Assembly (NCBI GenBank): GCA_043719085.1
Contig: JAYSUK010000052.1
Span: forward strand, 1 to 52,570
Direction of reading: 5' to 3'
DNA: 52,570 bases
DNA from: Burkholderiales bacterium
GTDB taxonomy: Bacteria; Pseudomonadota; Gammaproteobacteria; Burkholderiales; Casimicrobiaceae
Below, piece by piece: positions 26,020 through 36,006 of this stretch (the stretch's first letter is position 1; each line of letters opens with the position of its first letter). The position numbers and the translations under genes were made by a program. The notes below the pieces were generated by a model. The model worked only from the letters and a program-made list of their open reading frames with translations, had not been told where the DNA came from and made no database searches.

Positions 26020-28611
26020 CTACGCTGCCGCTGCAACACTGCGCTGTGACGCGCTCGCGCCATGTCCCGCCGCCCGCAACACCGCAGCCCGAGTATCCGG
26101 CGGCAGCAAGAAGGCCGCGTCCTCCGCGCGAATTAACAATGACGGCTCAAAATGCACGGACTCCGCCGCGTCTAGTTGCACCAAACCAGCTCGCAGCAAC
26201 GCATCAAACGCAGAGCGAAACTGGGTGCGATCTGAAAACTCGGGCGCGTTGAATACGTGAGTCATCGCAAGGTGTTGTGCAGCTTGTTGACACAGCGTTT
26301 CTAGCGACTCGCGGCTCCTCCCTCCGCTTTCGCCGCGCACCACCAACGCCAGCATCAATGCGTGCCGGGTGAGGGTGGGGCGAATGGTTGAGGCGAGCAC
26401 TTCTAGGTGCATCGCGCTATCGGTGCCTTGCGCCGATGCGCTAACCACGTTCGCTTCCGTCTCGATCGTCACCCAATGATCGGTACCTAGCGTTTCCAGC
26501 GTGCGTTCAAACGCCAGAAACTTCGGTGTCACCGGACCCAGATCGGCCAACGGTTCATCCACGGCAAAGTCAAATTGCGGGCCCGCCTCTGATTCGCGCC
26601 ACGGCGGCAGGTACAGCTCGGATTCCAGCAGCACATAAAGCTCACGCGCCAATCGCGCCAGCTTGGTCTTGCCGATCACCCCGTGCTGCACGACCAGGCA
26701 GGCCAGCAGCCCCGGCAGCGCGAAGCAATGCAACACGTTGTTGCGAAAGTAGGTGAGCGCGACCGCTGCCGTCGGTTCAGCCAGCACCACGTCGCCCAGC
26801 GGATGCGATTTGCGTGTCAGGTAGCCCATGCGCGCGGTGTAGCCGATGGCCTCCGCACCGGTGAGCTTGGTGAGCACCGCCTCAGGCGCGCTGTGCGATT
26901 GCGAAACAAGCCGCAGCAGTCGCTCGACAATGCTTGCCAGTTGCATCGCATCGGCCGCATGTTTCGGTGTTGCGAGCAGTGCTGTGGCGACCACCGCCAC
27001 CGGATTCAAATGCACGGCGCCGTTGATGCGCTCGGCGATCTGCCGCGACACCTCGGTCAGGGCGCGTCGCCGTAGCGATTTGTCGGCGAGCCAGTCGTCC
27101 ATGTCCTTCGCACCCTCGGCATCGAGCAGTTCACCCAGCGCGATGGGGCGCGCAAAGCTCACACCGACCGCGCCGTATCGCTCGCGACGCAAATCGCGGA
27201 TGGCGGTGATCAGACCGAAGATTGATTCCTTGCGCTTGGTTGCGCCCGCCAGCTCTTCGGTGTAGCTGCCGCCTTCAAACAGTTTTTCGTAACCGATGTA
27301 CACCGGGATGAACAGCAACGGTCGGGTGTGCTCGCGCAGATAACTTTGCACCGTCATCGAGATCAATCCCGCTTTCGGCGGCAGCATGCGCCCGGTGCGC
27401 GAGCGACCGCCTTCGACGAAATACTCCATCGGAAAACCGCGCTTCAAAACGGCATGCACGTAGGCCGCAAACATCTCGCCGTACAGCTCATCGTTCTTAA
27501 AAGATCGGCGCAAAAAGAACGCACCACCACGGCGCAGAATGGCGCCGACAATCGGCAGATTGAGGTTTGCACCCGCCGCAATATGCGGCACTGTCAGGCC
27601 GATTTTGTGCACCACATACGAAAGCAATAAATAGTCGATATGGCTGCGATGACATGGCACATACACCAGCGTGTTGTCTTTCGCCAATGCCTGCAAGCGC
27701 TCGACGCCGCGCAGCTCAACGCCATCGTAAATGCGGTTCCACAAACGGCCCAGCAGTCGCTCCATAAAGCGCACCAGCAGGTACGAATAGTCAGCAGCGA
27801 TTTCGCGCCCGATGCTGTTGGCGCGCGCCTCGACTTTGCTGAGCGTTGTTTGCTTGTCATCCACTTCGCGCAAGATCGCCTCGCGCACTCGCGGCTCGTG
27901 CATCATGCCGTCGATCAGCGTGCGCCGGTGCGACAAATCCGGCCCAATCGCCGCCTCTCTTTCAGTGCGAAACTCGGTGCGCAGCAAACGCGCCACCCGA
28001 CGAACAATGCGCTCGCGATCCAGCCCCTCGATCTGCGCGACGTTGATCAGCTCAGCAAGCGAAATTGTCTGGCCAAACTTCGCCACGACCGAGCGGCGAA
28101 AGAAGATCATGGCAAACAATTTTTTCAACTTTGATCGCCCGCCCCAACCCTCCGCTGCCCACAATCGCAACCAGCGTAGTCCACGTAACGGTGAGCCTTC
28201 ACGCTCTTCACGTTCCGGCGCGCGGCCCCAGAAAATGCTCACCGGAATCAGCTGCACATCCGCCATGTTGCCGTCAGCAACGGCATCAACCAGTCGCGTC
28301 AGTCGCTGCGCAGAAATACCGCTGCGATCCTCATGCAAGGCGAAGAATGCGTGACGCTCGGGGCGTGTGCCTGTGTTCCGCGGGACATTGAGTGGTGCGT
28401 GTGATTTCGGGATGGGGCGCTTCGCCGTCAAGTCATCGAGCAGCGCGCTGTTGGTGAGCGACGGGCGCGGCAGCACGTAGCAGACCGGGGCCGTGGGCTC
28501 AATAGTTAGCGGTTGTGGAAAGACCTGCACACGCACCCAAAGCGTGAGCACGCGACGCAGCAACGCTTGAAGCCAGCGTTGTGGAACTTCCCAGAGGTCG
28601 GTGCTGTTCAC
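26020..28611 (-). CDS. plsB: Glycerol-3-phosphate O-acyltransferase
   Basis: HRSHIDYLL, AAGANLN, GAFFLRRSF, FVEGGRSRTG, PVYIGYE. Confidence 0.95.
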   Translation of the reverse strand: MNSTDLWEVPQRWLQALLRRVLTLWVRVQVFPQPLTIEPTAPVCYVLPRPSLTNSALLDDLTAKRPIPKSHAPLNVPRNTGTRPERHAFFALHEDRSGISAQRLTRLVDAVADGNMADVQLIPVSIFWGRAPEREEREGSPLRGLRWLRLWAAEGWGGRSKLKKLFAMIFFRRSVVAKFGQTISLAELINVAQIEGLDRERIVRRVARLLRTEFRTEREAAIGPDLSHRRTLIDGMMHEPRVREAILREVDDKQTTLSKVEARANSIGREIAADYSYLLVRFMERLLGRLWNRIYDGVELRGVERLQALAKDNTLVYVPCHRSHIDYLLLSYVVHKIGLTVPHIAAGANLNLPIVGAILRRGGAFFLRRSFKNDELYGEMFAAYVHAVLKRGFPMEYFVEGGRSRTGRMLPPKAGLISMTVQSYLREHTRPLLFIPVYIGYEKLFEGGSYTEELAGATKRKESIFGLITAIRDLRRERYGAVGVSFARPIALGELLDAEGAKDMDDWLADKSLRRRALTEVSRQIAERINGAVHLNPVAVVATALLATPKHAADAMQLASIVERLLRLVSQSHSAPEAVLTKLTGAEAIGYTARMGYLTRKSHPLGDVVLAEPTAAVALTYFRNNVLHCFALPGLLACLVVQHGVIGKTKLARLARELYVLLESELYLPPWRESEAGPQFDFAVDEPLADLGPVTPKFLAFERTLETLGTDHWVTIETEANVVSASAQGTDSAMHLEVLASTIRPTLTRHALMLALVVRGESGGRSRESLETLCQQAAQHLAMTHVFNAPEFSDRTQFRSAFDALLRAGLVQLDAAESVHFEPSLLIRAEDAAFLLPPDTRAAVLRAAGHGASASQRSVAAAA

Positions 28612-29561
28612 GATGCTCTCTCAGGTACTTCGTGCGGACTGCTCGCCGCAGCGATTAGCTCTGCCACCTGTTCAATCGCATCTGCAGCATCACAGTCAAC
28701 CACATCACCCTCAAAACTGCGCAACCACGTCATCTGTCGCTTCGCAAGTTGCCGCGTGGCGAATAGCGCGCGGTCGAACATTTCCGCTTGTGGTGCGCGG
28801 CCTTCGAGCACATCGAGCACCTGTCGATATCCAACACAGCGCATCGACGGCAGGTCCGCGGTCAATGGGTATTTGCTGCGTAGGGACGCAACTTCTGCCA
28901 CGAAGTCCTGCGCGAACATGGCGTTGAGTCGCGCCTCGCACCGCGCATGCAACCACGCGCGATCAGCCGGAAGCCAGCGCAACACAAGGCGCTGGAGCCC
29001 TGCCAATGCGGGCTTGCGTTGGCCTTGCAGCGCCGAAAGCGGCGTGCCTGCAATCATCCATACTTCGAGCGCCCGTTCGATGCGCTGCGTGTCAGTCGGC
29101 GGCAAACGCCTGGCGGTGACAGGATCGACTTTGGTCAACTCGGCATGCAAAGATTCAACGCCGTCACGCTCACGGCGCGCGCTTAACTCGGCGCGAATCG
29201 CGGCGTCCGCTGGTGGCACATCACTCATGCCGTTGACCAGCATATTCGCGTACATCATGGTGCCGCCCACCAAGAGTGGCATGCGGCCGCGCGAATGAAC
29301 GTCAGCAATGGCTGCCTGACAGTCAACGACGAACCGCGCCACGGAATAGCTTGCAGTCGGGTCTATCAAATCAATAAGATGGTGCGGCACTTGCGCCTGC
29401 TCTGCCTTACTTGGCTTAGCGGTGCCGATGTTCATGTCGCGGTAGACCAGCGCGGAATCGATGCTGATGATTTCTGCATTGAACCGCCCGGCAATCTGCA
29501 TCGCCGCAGCGCTTTTGCCCGAGGCCGTTGGCCCCACGAGCAACACAACCGGGGCCAGCAT
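28608..29561 (-). CDS. miaA: tRNA dimethylallyltransferase
   Basis: GPTASGKS, DSALVYRDMNIGTAKP, VGGTMMY, TRQLAKRQMTW; coupled to mutL. Confidence 0.96.
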   Translation of the reverse strand: MLAPVVLLVGPTASGKSAAAMQIAGRFNAEIISIDSALVYRDMNIGTAKPSKAEQAQVPHHLIDLIDPTASYSVARFVVDCQAAIADVHSRGRMPLLVGGTMMYANMLVNGMSDVPPADAAIRAELSARRERDGVESLHAELTKVDPVTARRLPPTDTQRIERALEVWMIAGTPLSALQGQRKPALAGLQRLVLRWLPADRAWLHARCEARLNAMFAQDFVAEVASLRSKYPLTADLPSMRCVGYRQVLDVLEGRAPQAEMFDRALFATRQLAKRQMTWLRSFEGDVVDCDAADAIEQVAELIAAASSPHEVPERAS

Positions 29562-31396
29562 CAGCGACCGCGCATGAACAACGCGTCCAGTTCTTTGAGT
29601 GTCAAGTGATACCAGGTGGGGCGACCGTGGTTGCAAGAGCCCGCACGCTCGGTGGCTTCCATCGCGCGTAACAACGCGTTCATTTCCGTGACGGTCAGCG
29701 CGCGGTTGGCGCGTACCGCCGCGTGGCAGGCCATGGTCGACAGCAATTCGTCGCGACGCGATTCGATCATCGCACTTACCCCGAGCTCGTCAAGTTCGGC
29801 GAGTACGCTGTGCAGCAACGCTTCAGGTGCAGCGTCCGCGAGCAACGTCGGCACGCTGCGCAACGTCAACGCGCGCTGGCCGACCACGCTTACATCAAAG
29901 CCCAATTGCTGCAGGGCTTCGCGGTGGGTCTCGGCGCAGCTCACTTCTTTTTCTGTGGCGTTGATCACGCTGGGGATCAGCAATCGTTGCGTTGCAACCG
30001 CTTCTGTCGCTTGCGATTTCAAGCCTTCATAGACGATGCGTTCGTGTGCGGCATGCATGTCGATCAGCACCAGCCCCGCCGTGTTTTGCGCGAGAATGTA
30101 GACGCCGTGCAACTGCGCGAGCGCGAAGCCGAGCGGGAATTCGGTGGCGGGTAGTGGCTTTGCCATCGAAGCGGTCGTTGCGTCGCTTTGCGGTGCAAAG
30201 AAATACTCCGCAACGCGCTCCGATACGCCAACATTAGCCCGCGCTTGATACGGTGGATACGAGGCGAACGATGACTGAGCGGGCGTAGCTTCAACGGAGC
30301 ACGAACCGGAGGCAGGCTCAACTGCAACCCGATCGCCAAACAACTTCTGCGCAGCCGATACCGCAGGCTGCGACGCCGCATTGCCGCTCATTGCGCGATC
30401 CACCGCACGCCGCACAAATTGATGCACGGCTTGCGATTCACGAAAACGCACTTCGGTTTTTGCCGGGTGTACGTTCACGTCCACCGCTCGCGGATCAAGC
30501 GTGAGTTTCAGCACAAAACTGGGGGATGCGCCGCCGTGCATCTGGTCACGCAGCGCGTCTCGAATCGCGTGCAACACCACCTTGTCACGCACCCAGCGAC
30601 CATTGACGAAGAGGTGCTGCGCATCGCGATTAGGCGCGCTGCTATTCGGTTTGAGCACGAAACCTTCAATCGCCAGTAAACCGGCATCGGCATTGATTGC
30701 AGTCGCAGCGTTCAGCCACTCCGCGCCGAGCACTGCTGCAACTCGCGCAGGCCACGCTTGCACTGGCCAGCGATGCACAGCGCGACTGTTGTGCGTAAGC
30801 TCCAGCGCGATGTTGCTGCGCGCTAATCCAAGTCGACGCACGGCATCCAGACAATGCGCATACTCGGTCGCTTCCGACTTCAAAAAACGCCGTCGTGCCG
30901 GTGTGTTGAAGAATAGCTCGGCGACCGTCACCGTGGTGCCCAATCGCGCGCTTACCGGCTCGGTGGGCTCGCTTTGTCCACCTTCAGTTTTCAGGCGAAA
31001 TGCACTCGGCGCACCTTGGCTTCGACTGGTAATCGACAGCCGCGCCACCGACGCAATCGATGCGAGCGCCTCACCGCGAAAGCCGAAGCTGGTTACTGAT
31101 TCAAGATCATCAAACGACGCGATCTTTGACGTGGCATGTCGCGCAATCGCCAGCGGCAGTTCCGCCACAGCGATGCCATGCCCGTCGTCGGACACTTGCA
31201 TCAGCACCGCGCCGCCGCCCGCGAGTTCGATGCTGATGGCGCGCGCGCCGCCGTCCACCGCGTTTTCCAGCAATTCCTTAAGCGCGGCGGCGGGCCGTTC
31301 GATGACCTCGCCCGCTGCGATCTGATTGACCAGATGATCGGGCAGGGTCTGGATTTGTCGCGCGCTTTGTCGTGAATCGGCGACACGAGGAATCAC
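29561..31396 (-). CDS. mutL: DNA mismatch repair endonuclease MutL
   Basis: NQIAAGEVIERP, GFRGEALASI, DVNVHPAKTEV, DMHAAHER, ACHAA, CNHGRP; start (GTG) uncertain. Confidence 0.95.
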   Translation of the reverse strand: MIPRVADSRQSARQIQTLPDHLVNQIAAGEVIERPAAALKELLENAVDGGARAISIELAGGGAVLMQVSDDGHGIAVAELPLAIARHATSKIASFDDLESVTSFGFRGEALASIASVARLSITSRSQGAPSAFRLKTEGGQSEPTEPVSARLGTTVTVAELFFNTPARRRFLKSEATEYAHCLDAVRRLGLARSNIALELTHNSRAVHRWPVQAWPARVAAVLGAEWLNAATAINADAGLLAIEGFVLKPNSSAPNRDAQHLFVNGRWVRDKVVLHAIRDALRDQMHGGASPSFVLKLTLDPRAVDVNVHPAKTEVRFRESQAVHQFVRRAVDRAMSGNAASQPAVSAAQKLFGDRVAVEPASGSCSVEATPAQSSFASYPPYQARANVGVSERVAEYFFAPQSDATTASMAKPLPATEFPLGFALAQLHGVYILAQNTAGLVLIDMHAAHERIVYEGLKSQATEAVATQRLLIPSVINATEKEVSCAETHREALQQLGFDVSVVGQRALTLRSVPTLLADAAPEALLHSVLAELDELGVSAMIESRRDELLSTMACHAAVRANRALTVTEMNALLRAMEATERAGSCNHGRPTWYHLTLKELDALFMRGR

Positions 31397-31513
31397 GCCA
31401 AACGCCACAACGGACGCGGCCTCTGGCACAATCGCGGGCGCAAGAACAACGTCACCGGGATCGGTGGCAACTAAAGCAATTAAAGGAGCGGGCGCGTTCA
31501 CGCGTTCGATTGT

Positions 31514-33499
31514 ATGCGGCTGATTTTTACCTCTGCCTTTGTCGCTGGGTTGTCGTTTATTCCGGCCGGTCCGTGTTGGTCGCAACCGCTTGCGGCTAAC
31601 GGGTCGAGCAGCGTGGCGATTGTGCCGCCCGCCGCGATGAAGATCGAGGGCGTCCCTCCGATACCACAAACGCTGGCACTTGAAATTGCGCCTTATGGGG
31701 ACTTTGCGCCAACCCGCTTCGTTGCCTGGCACCCGGTCGATCAGGACATGCTGATACTGCGTCGCGCGGGCAACACCAACCAGTTGTTCCTGCAGGGCGA
31801 CCCGATGGGTAAGCCGGTGCAACTTACCAAGGGGCGCGAGCCGGTTCGCGGTGCGAGTTTCGAGCCGAAACGAGGTGACTACATTCTGTTTGCGCGCGAC
31901 GTCGGAGGCGACGAGGCAACGCAGATTTATCGCCTCGATGCCAAGACGCAAGTAGAGGCGCAGATCACGCCACCGGGCGAGCTGCATGGCCTCGGCCCGT
32001 GGAATACCGCGCAGGACAAAGTGATTATCACCGCCCGCGCGCTCGATCGCAGCGCCGCCAACGGCAAGCGTGAGCAGGCCGTAGTCGACGTCTACGCGAT
32101 TGATCCGCTGCAACCCGAGGCACGCTTCAAGCTGGCCAGTCTTTCCGGTGCGGGCTGGCGCGCGGTGCGCTGGCTGGATCGCGAAAATCGCCTGATTCTT
32201 AGCGAGTATCAGTCGTCAACGTCCAGCAAATTGTGGTCGCTGGATCTGGCGACGGGTAAGCGATCCAGCCTTGGCGACGGCGAGGCTGATGACCACGACA
32301 GCGGCGCCGAGCGCTGGTTGTATCGAAAAAAATTCGATGGTGATTTTGGCAAGCTTTCGCGCGTCGACGTGAAAAACGGCGATCGGCAGTGGGTAACCAA
32401 AGACATCGAGTACGACGTGGACAGCTGGTCGATAGCACGCAGCGGAAAGCGCATTGCAGTGCTAGTCAACGTCGGTGGCAACGCGCAGTTAAAACTGTTC
32501 GATGGTGACTTGAAACCGTTGCCCGTACCCACATTGCCGCCGGGCCTCATTTCGTCGGTGAGCTGGCACAGAAATGGCCGCGACCTGGCGCTCGCCATTG
32601 AATCGGCCGAGTCGCCAGGCGAGGTGTTCTCGCTCGATGCTGACATGGGTTTGGTGACGCGGTGGACGCAACATCCGACCGTGGCCGCCGTCAAGCGACC
32701 GTTCGCCGAGGCGGAGCCCATCAATTGGCGCAGCTTTGACGGCATGAATATTTCGGGCTTTCTACACCGCCCCAATGCGAAGGAGTTTCCAGGCAAACGG
32801 CCGGTCATCATCTCCATCCACGGCGGGCCTGAGAGCCAGGCTCGGCCGGGGTTTCGGGGCCGCTCAAACTACTGGATCAACGAGCGCGGTTATGCGCTGA
32901 TCTACCCGAATGTGCGTGGCTCGTCGGGCTTTGGCAAACGCTTTCTTGAGGCGGACAACAATAGAAAACGCGAAGACTCAGTGAAGGACATCGGCGCGCT
33001 GCTTGACTGGATTCACGCGCAACCTGATCTGGATCCGTCGCGGGTAGCGGTGATGGGCGGCAGCTACGGCGGCTACATGGTGCTCGCTTCAAGCGTGATG
33101 TACGGCAACCGGCTAGCCGCTGCGTTTAACTCGGTGGGCATCTCGCATTTTGTGAGCTTTCTGGAGAACACCGAAACCTATCGCCGCGACCTGCGTCGCA
33201 GCGAATACGGCGATGAACGCGACCCGGAAATGCGCAAATTTCTGGATGGCATTTCGCCTTTGACGCACGCCGACAAAATCAAGCTGCCGCTGATGATCAG
33301 TCACGGCAAAAACGATCCGCGCGTGCCCTACACCGAGGCCGAACAGATTGTGCGAAAAGTACGCGCCAACGGTTCGCCAGTTTGGTATTTGCTGGCCGAG
33401 GACGAAGGTCACGGCTTTGCGAAGAAGGCCAACGCGGATTTTCAGTTCGCTGCGATGACTACGTTTTATGATCGGTATTTGCTGAAAAAAGCGCAGTAA
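31514..33499 (+). CDS. Secreted S9-family (prolyl oligopeptidase/acylaminoacyl) peptidase
   Basis: Signal peptide; propeller-like N-terminus; HGGPE, NVRGSSGFG, GGSYGG, NDPRV, EGHGF. Confidence 0.92.
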   Translation: MRLIFTSAFVAGLSFIPAGPCWSQPLAANGSSSVAIVPPAAMKIEGVPPIPQTLALEIAPYGDFAPTRFVAWHPVDQDMLILRRAGNTNQLFLQGDPMGKPVQLTKGREPVRGASFEPKRGDYILFARDVGGDEATQIYRLDAKTQVEAQITPPGELHGLGPWNTAQDKVIITARALDRSAANGKREQAVVDVYAIDPLQPEARFKLASLSGAGWRAVRWLDRENRLILSEYQSSTSSKLWSLDLATGKRSSLGDGEADDHDSGAERWLYRKKFDGDFGKLSRVDVKNGDRQWVTKDIEYDVDSWSIARSGKRIAVLVNVGGNAQLKLFDGDLKPLPVPTLPPGLISSVSWHRNGRDLALAIESAESPGEVFSLDADMGLVTRWTQHPTVAAVKRPFAEAEPINWRSFDGMNISGFLHRPNAKEFPGKRPVIISIHGGPESQARPGFRGRSNYWINERGYALIYPNVRGSSGFGKRFLEADNNRKREDSVKDIGALLDWIHAQPDLDPSRVAVMGGSYGGYMVLASSVMYGNRLAAAFNSVGISHFVSFLENTETYRRDLRRSEYGDERDPEMRKFLDGISPLTHADKIKLPLMISHGKNDPRVPYTEAEQIVRKVRANGSPVWYLLAEDEGHGFAKKANADFQFAAMTTFYDRYLLKKAQ

Positions 33500-33509
33500 A
33501 CTGGAACGC

Positions 33510-33623
33510 AGCTTTTGGCTGAAACGCCCGAAATGCATGGGTATGCGCGAATTTTATGCGGTAGTCGATATTCCGTTATTTACGGCGCTAGCCCCAAGTG
33601 GTAGGCCGTTTCGCCACAAAGCT
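33510..33623. repeat. 114-bp dyad element, copy B
   Basis: AGCTTTTGGCTGAAA...GGGTAT...GTCGAT...TAGCCC...TTTCGCCACAAAGCT. Confidence 0.8.
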
Positions 33624-33624
33624 G

Positions 33625-33918
33625 TTAGCGCGTAGCCCGCTCCAGCGCGCTCAAAAAATTCATGGCATGGACGTGGGTTGCCGCCACGTCATCGTCCGCG
33701 CCGCACATCTCAACAGACGCTCGCAACGTTGAACAAACGGACGGGCGTTTCGGATCACCAAAAATCGCGCAGAGATTGTCGTCAGTGAGTTGAACGCAAC
33801 GCACGCCCGCCGCTTTTCCCCTCGCCAAGCCTGGCACGCCACCGGTCGCTAGGACAGGTATCGCTGAGGTGATCGACGGCGCGATGCAACAGGCACCGCA
33901 ACCGCTGCGGCATTGCAT
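33625..33918 (-). CDS. YkgJ-family cysteine-cluster protein (CxxxCxxCC)
   Basis: MQCRSGCGACCIAPSITS...GKAAGVRCVQL...LCAIFG.P.RPSVC. Confidence 0.85.
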   Translation of the reverse strand: MQCRSGCGACCIAPSITSAIPVLATGGVPGLARGKAAGVRCVQLTDDNLCAIFGDPKRPSVCSTLRASVEMCGADDDVAATHVHAMNFLSALERATR

Positions 33919-33929
33919 CAACGCAGAGT

Positions 33930-34577
33930 CTACGGCGCGAGCCGATCGATATGCCAGCCGCCGAACTGACGTTGAAACGCCAGACGGTCGTGCAGTCGCG
34001 AGCGACGGCCTTGCCAAAATTCCACCATCTCGGGCACGACGACATAACCGCCCCAGTTGGCTGGACGAGGTGGGTTGTCACCAAACTGCTTTTCGGCCTC
34101 GGCAAAGCGCGCTTCCAGCGCCTCGCGGCTTTCAATTTTCTCGCTCTGTGGTGAGGCGTGTGCGCCGATCCGCGACTTCAACGGCCGTGATTGGTAGTAC
34201 GCATCTGACGTTGCCGCGTCCACTTTTTCGATGTGGCCCTCAATGCGCACCTGCCGCTCCAGCTCCACCCAGTGAAAGGTGAGTGCTGCCCATTGCGACT
34301 GCCCCAGCTCGCGGCCCTTGCGGCTGTCGTAATTGCTGTAGAAAGTAAATCCGCGCTCGTCCACGCCTTTCAGCAAAACGATACGTGCCGACGGTCGCGC
34401 GTTCTCACCCACCGTCGCCAGATTCATGGCCGTTGGCTCAGGCAGCTCAGCCTTGATCGCCTCAGTCATCCACTGGTTGAACTGCATGAACGGATCAGCC
34501 GCCAGATCGCGCTTGCCCAACGAGGCCAGCTTGTAATCTTTGCGGAGGTCGGCGAGGGGGGAGGCGTGTGTGCTCAT
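33930..34577 (-). CDS. pdxH: Pyridoxine/pyridoxamine 5'-phosphate oxidase
   Basis: [42 protein letters not shown]. Confidence 0.96.
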   Translation of the reverse strand: MSTHASPLADLRKDYKLASLGKRDLAADPFMQFNQWMTEAIKAELPEPTAMNLATVGENARPSARIVLLKGVDERGFTFYSNYDSRKGRELGQSQWAALTFHWVELERQVRIEGHIEKVDAATSDAYYQSRPLKSRIGAHASPQSEKIESREALEARFAEAEKQFGDNPPRPANWGGYVVVPEMVEFWQGRRSRLHDRLAFQRQFGGWHIDRLAP

Positions 34578-34623
34578 ACGATGAATATACTCGCCCCACC
34601 TGATGCTGCGATCGGCAAACCCA

Positions 34624-34809
34624 ATGGACACCAAAACGAAACAGCTTGATGCTGCGAATTGGCTCAACGAAAACACCGCTGCACTGCATGAATACAACGC
34701 ATGGATCGCCGTGAACGGAACGTTTGGTGACCACCTGCGTGCATGGAAAATACGTCAAAACCCAAGCGAATCTTTACCGCGAAACAAAGACACGAATGAC
34801 CACAAATAA
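34624..34809 (+). CDS. Orphan CcdA-antitoxin-like peptide (C-terminal part only; possibly a pseudogene)
   Basis: [29 protein letters not shown] aligns with the CcdA C-terminus W..EN......A.FIE.NGSFADENRDW. Confidence 0.55.
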   Translation: MDTKTKQLDAANWLNENTAALHEYNAWIAVNGTFGDHLRAWKIRQNPSESLPRNKDTNDHK

Positions 34810-35644
34810 ATTCCAGGGCACCGCCTCCTACATCACCACGCCCGATCTGCTGCTCGCGGTCAATGCTGCGATCACGCTGAAGCGTCCGCTGTTGATCAAA
34901 GGCGAGCCGGGCACCGGCAAAACCATGCTCGCGGAGGAGGTCGCCGCCGCGCTCGGCTGGCCGCTATTGCAATGGCACATCAAGAGCACGACCAAGGCAC
35001 AGCAGGGCCTGTATGAATACGACGCGGTGTCACGTCTGCGTGATTCGCAGCTTGGCGAGGAGAAGGTCAAAGACATCGCCAACTACATCAAGCACGGCGT
35101 GCTGTGGGAAGCGTTCGAAAGTGATGTGCCGACGGTCGTGCTGATCGACGAAATCGACAAGGCCGACATCGAATTCCCCAACGACCTGCTGCGCGAGCTC
35201 GACCGCATGAGCTTCGACGTTTACGAAACGCACAGCACCATCACGGCCAAGCACCGCCCGCTGTTCATCATCACCAGCAACAACGAAAAAGACCTGCCCG
35301 ACGCCTTCCTGCGCCGCTGCTTCTTCCACTACATCAAGTTCCCGAGCAAGGAGACGATGAAACAGATCGTCGATGTGCATTACCCGCATATCAAGCAAGA
35401 CCTCGTCAGCGCCGCGCTAGAGGCCTTCTTCGACCTGCGCGAAATGCCGGGCCTCAAGAAAAAGCCGTCAACCAGCGAGTTGATTGACTGGATCAAATTG
35501 CTGCTGGCCGAAGACATCGATCCAGCAGTGCTGCGCGAGAAGGATCAGCGGAAGGTGCTGGCGCCACTGTATGGCGCAGTGCTCAAAAATGAGCAGGATA
35601 CGGAGCTGTTTCAGAAGCTTTTGTTTATGGCGCGGCGGGGGTAG
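34796..35644 (+). CDS. MoxR-family AAA+ ATPase
   Basis: GEPGTGKT, GLYEYDAVSRL, LIDEIDKAD, LPDAFLRRC, KKPSTSELIDW. Confidence 0.92.
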   Translation: MTTNKFQGTASYITTPDLLLAVNAAITLKRPLLIKGEPGTGKTMLAEEVAAALGWPLLQWHIKSTTKAQQGLYEYDAVSRLRDSQLGEEKVKDIANYIKHGVLWEAFESDVPTVVLIDEIDKADIEFPNDLLRELDRMSFDVYETHSTITAKHRPLFIITSNNEKDLPDAFLRRCFFHYIKFPSKETMKQIVDVHYPHIKQDLVSAALEAFFDLREMPGLKKKPSTSELIDWIKLLLAEDIDPAVLREKDQRKVLAPLYGAVLKNEQDTELFQKLLFMARRG

Positions 35645-35654
35645 AGAACTCGCA

Positions 35655-36002
35655 TTGCACACCTTCAAGTTTCACACGGCGGTGGCGACAATTCTGGCGC
35701 TTGGCTGCCCCTACATCGCCTCGACAGCGTTAATCTGGATGTTCCCAGCCGGTAATCTGTTGTGTATTTTTGCAGGGTACGCCGCGCACTGGCGAAAGGA
35801 CGGCTGGAGTTTGCTGCTTCACCTCGGCGTGTTCCTAACGCCAATTGCTACGGTATCCGCTTACTTGATTGCTGACTTTCTCAAGCGGGACACAGCCGCA
35901 TACACCTTCGGCGACACCGCCGTCGTGCTAGCGTTCATCAACACTGCGCTGTGCGGGTTTGGGTTCGCTGTCGCCCATCGCGCCAATTCACGCATTCGAT
36001 AG
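35655..36002 (+). CDS. Small integral membrane protein
   Basis: TTG start 10 bp after MoxR stop; about 4 hydrophobic segments. Confidence 0.5.
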   Translation: MHTFKFHTAVATILALGCPYIASTALIWMFPAGNLLCIFAGYAAHWRKDGWSLLLHLGVFLTPIATVSAYLIADFLKRDTAAYTFGDTAVVLAFINTALCGFGFAVAHRANSRIR

Positions 36003-36006
36003 CCAG

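Noticed and set aside
29562-29636. Longer miaA start
   Set aside because: Overlaps the mutL 3' end; the ATG at 29561 directly precedes the P-loop and is coupled to the mutL stop
31397-32113. Apparent 240-aa N-terminal extension of MutL (850-aa ORF)
   Set aside because: Mostly an antisense shadow of the S9 peptidase gene; MutL similarity starts at IQTLPDHLVNQIAAGE
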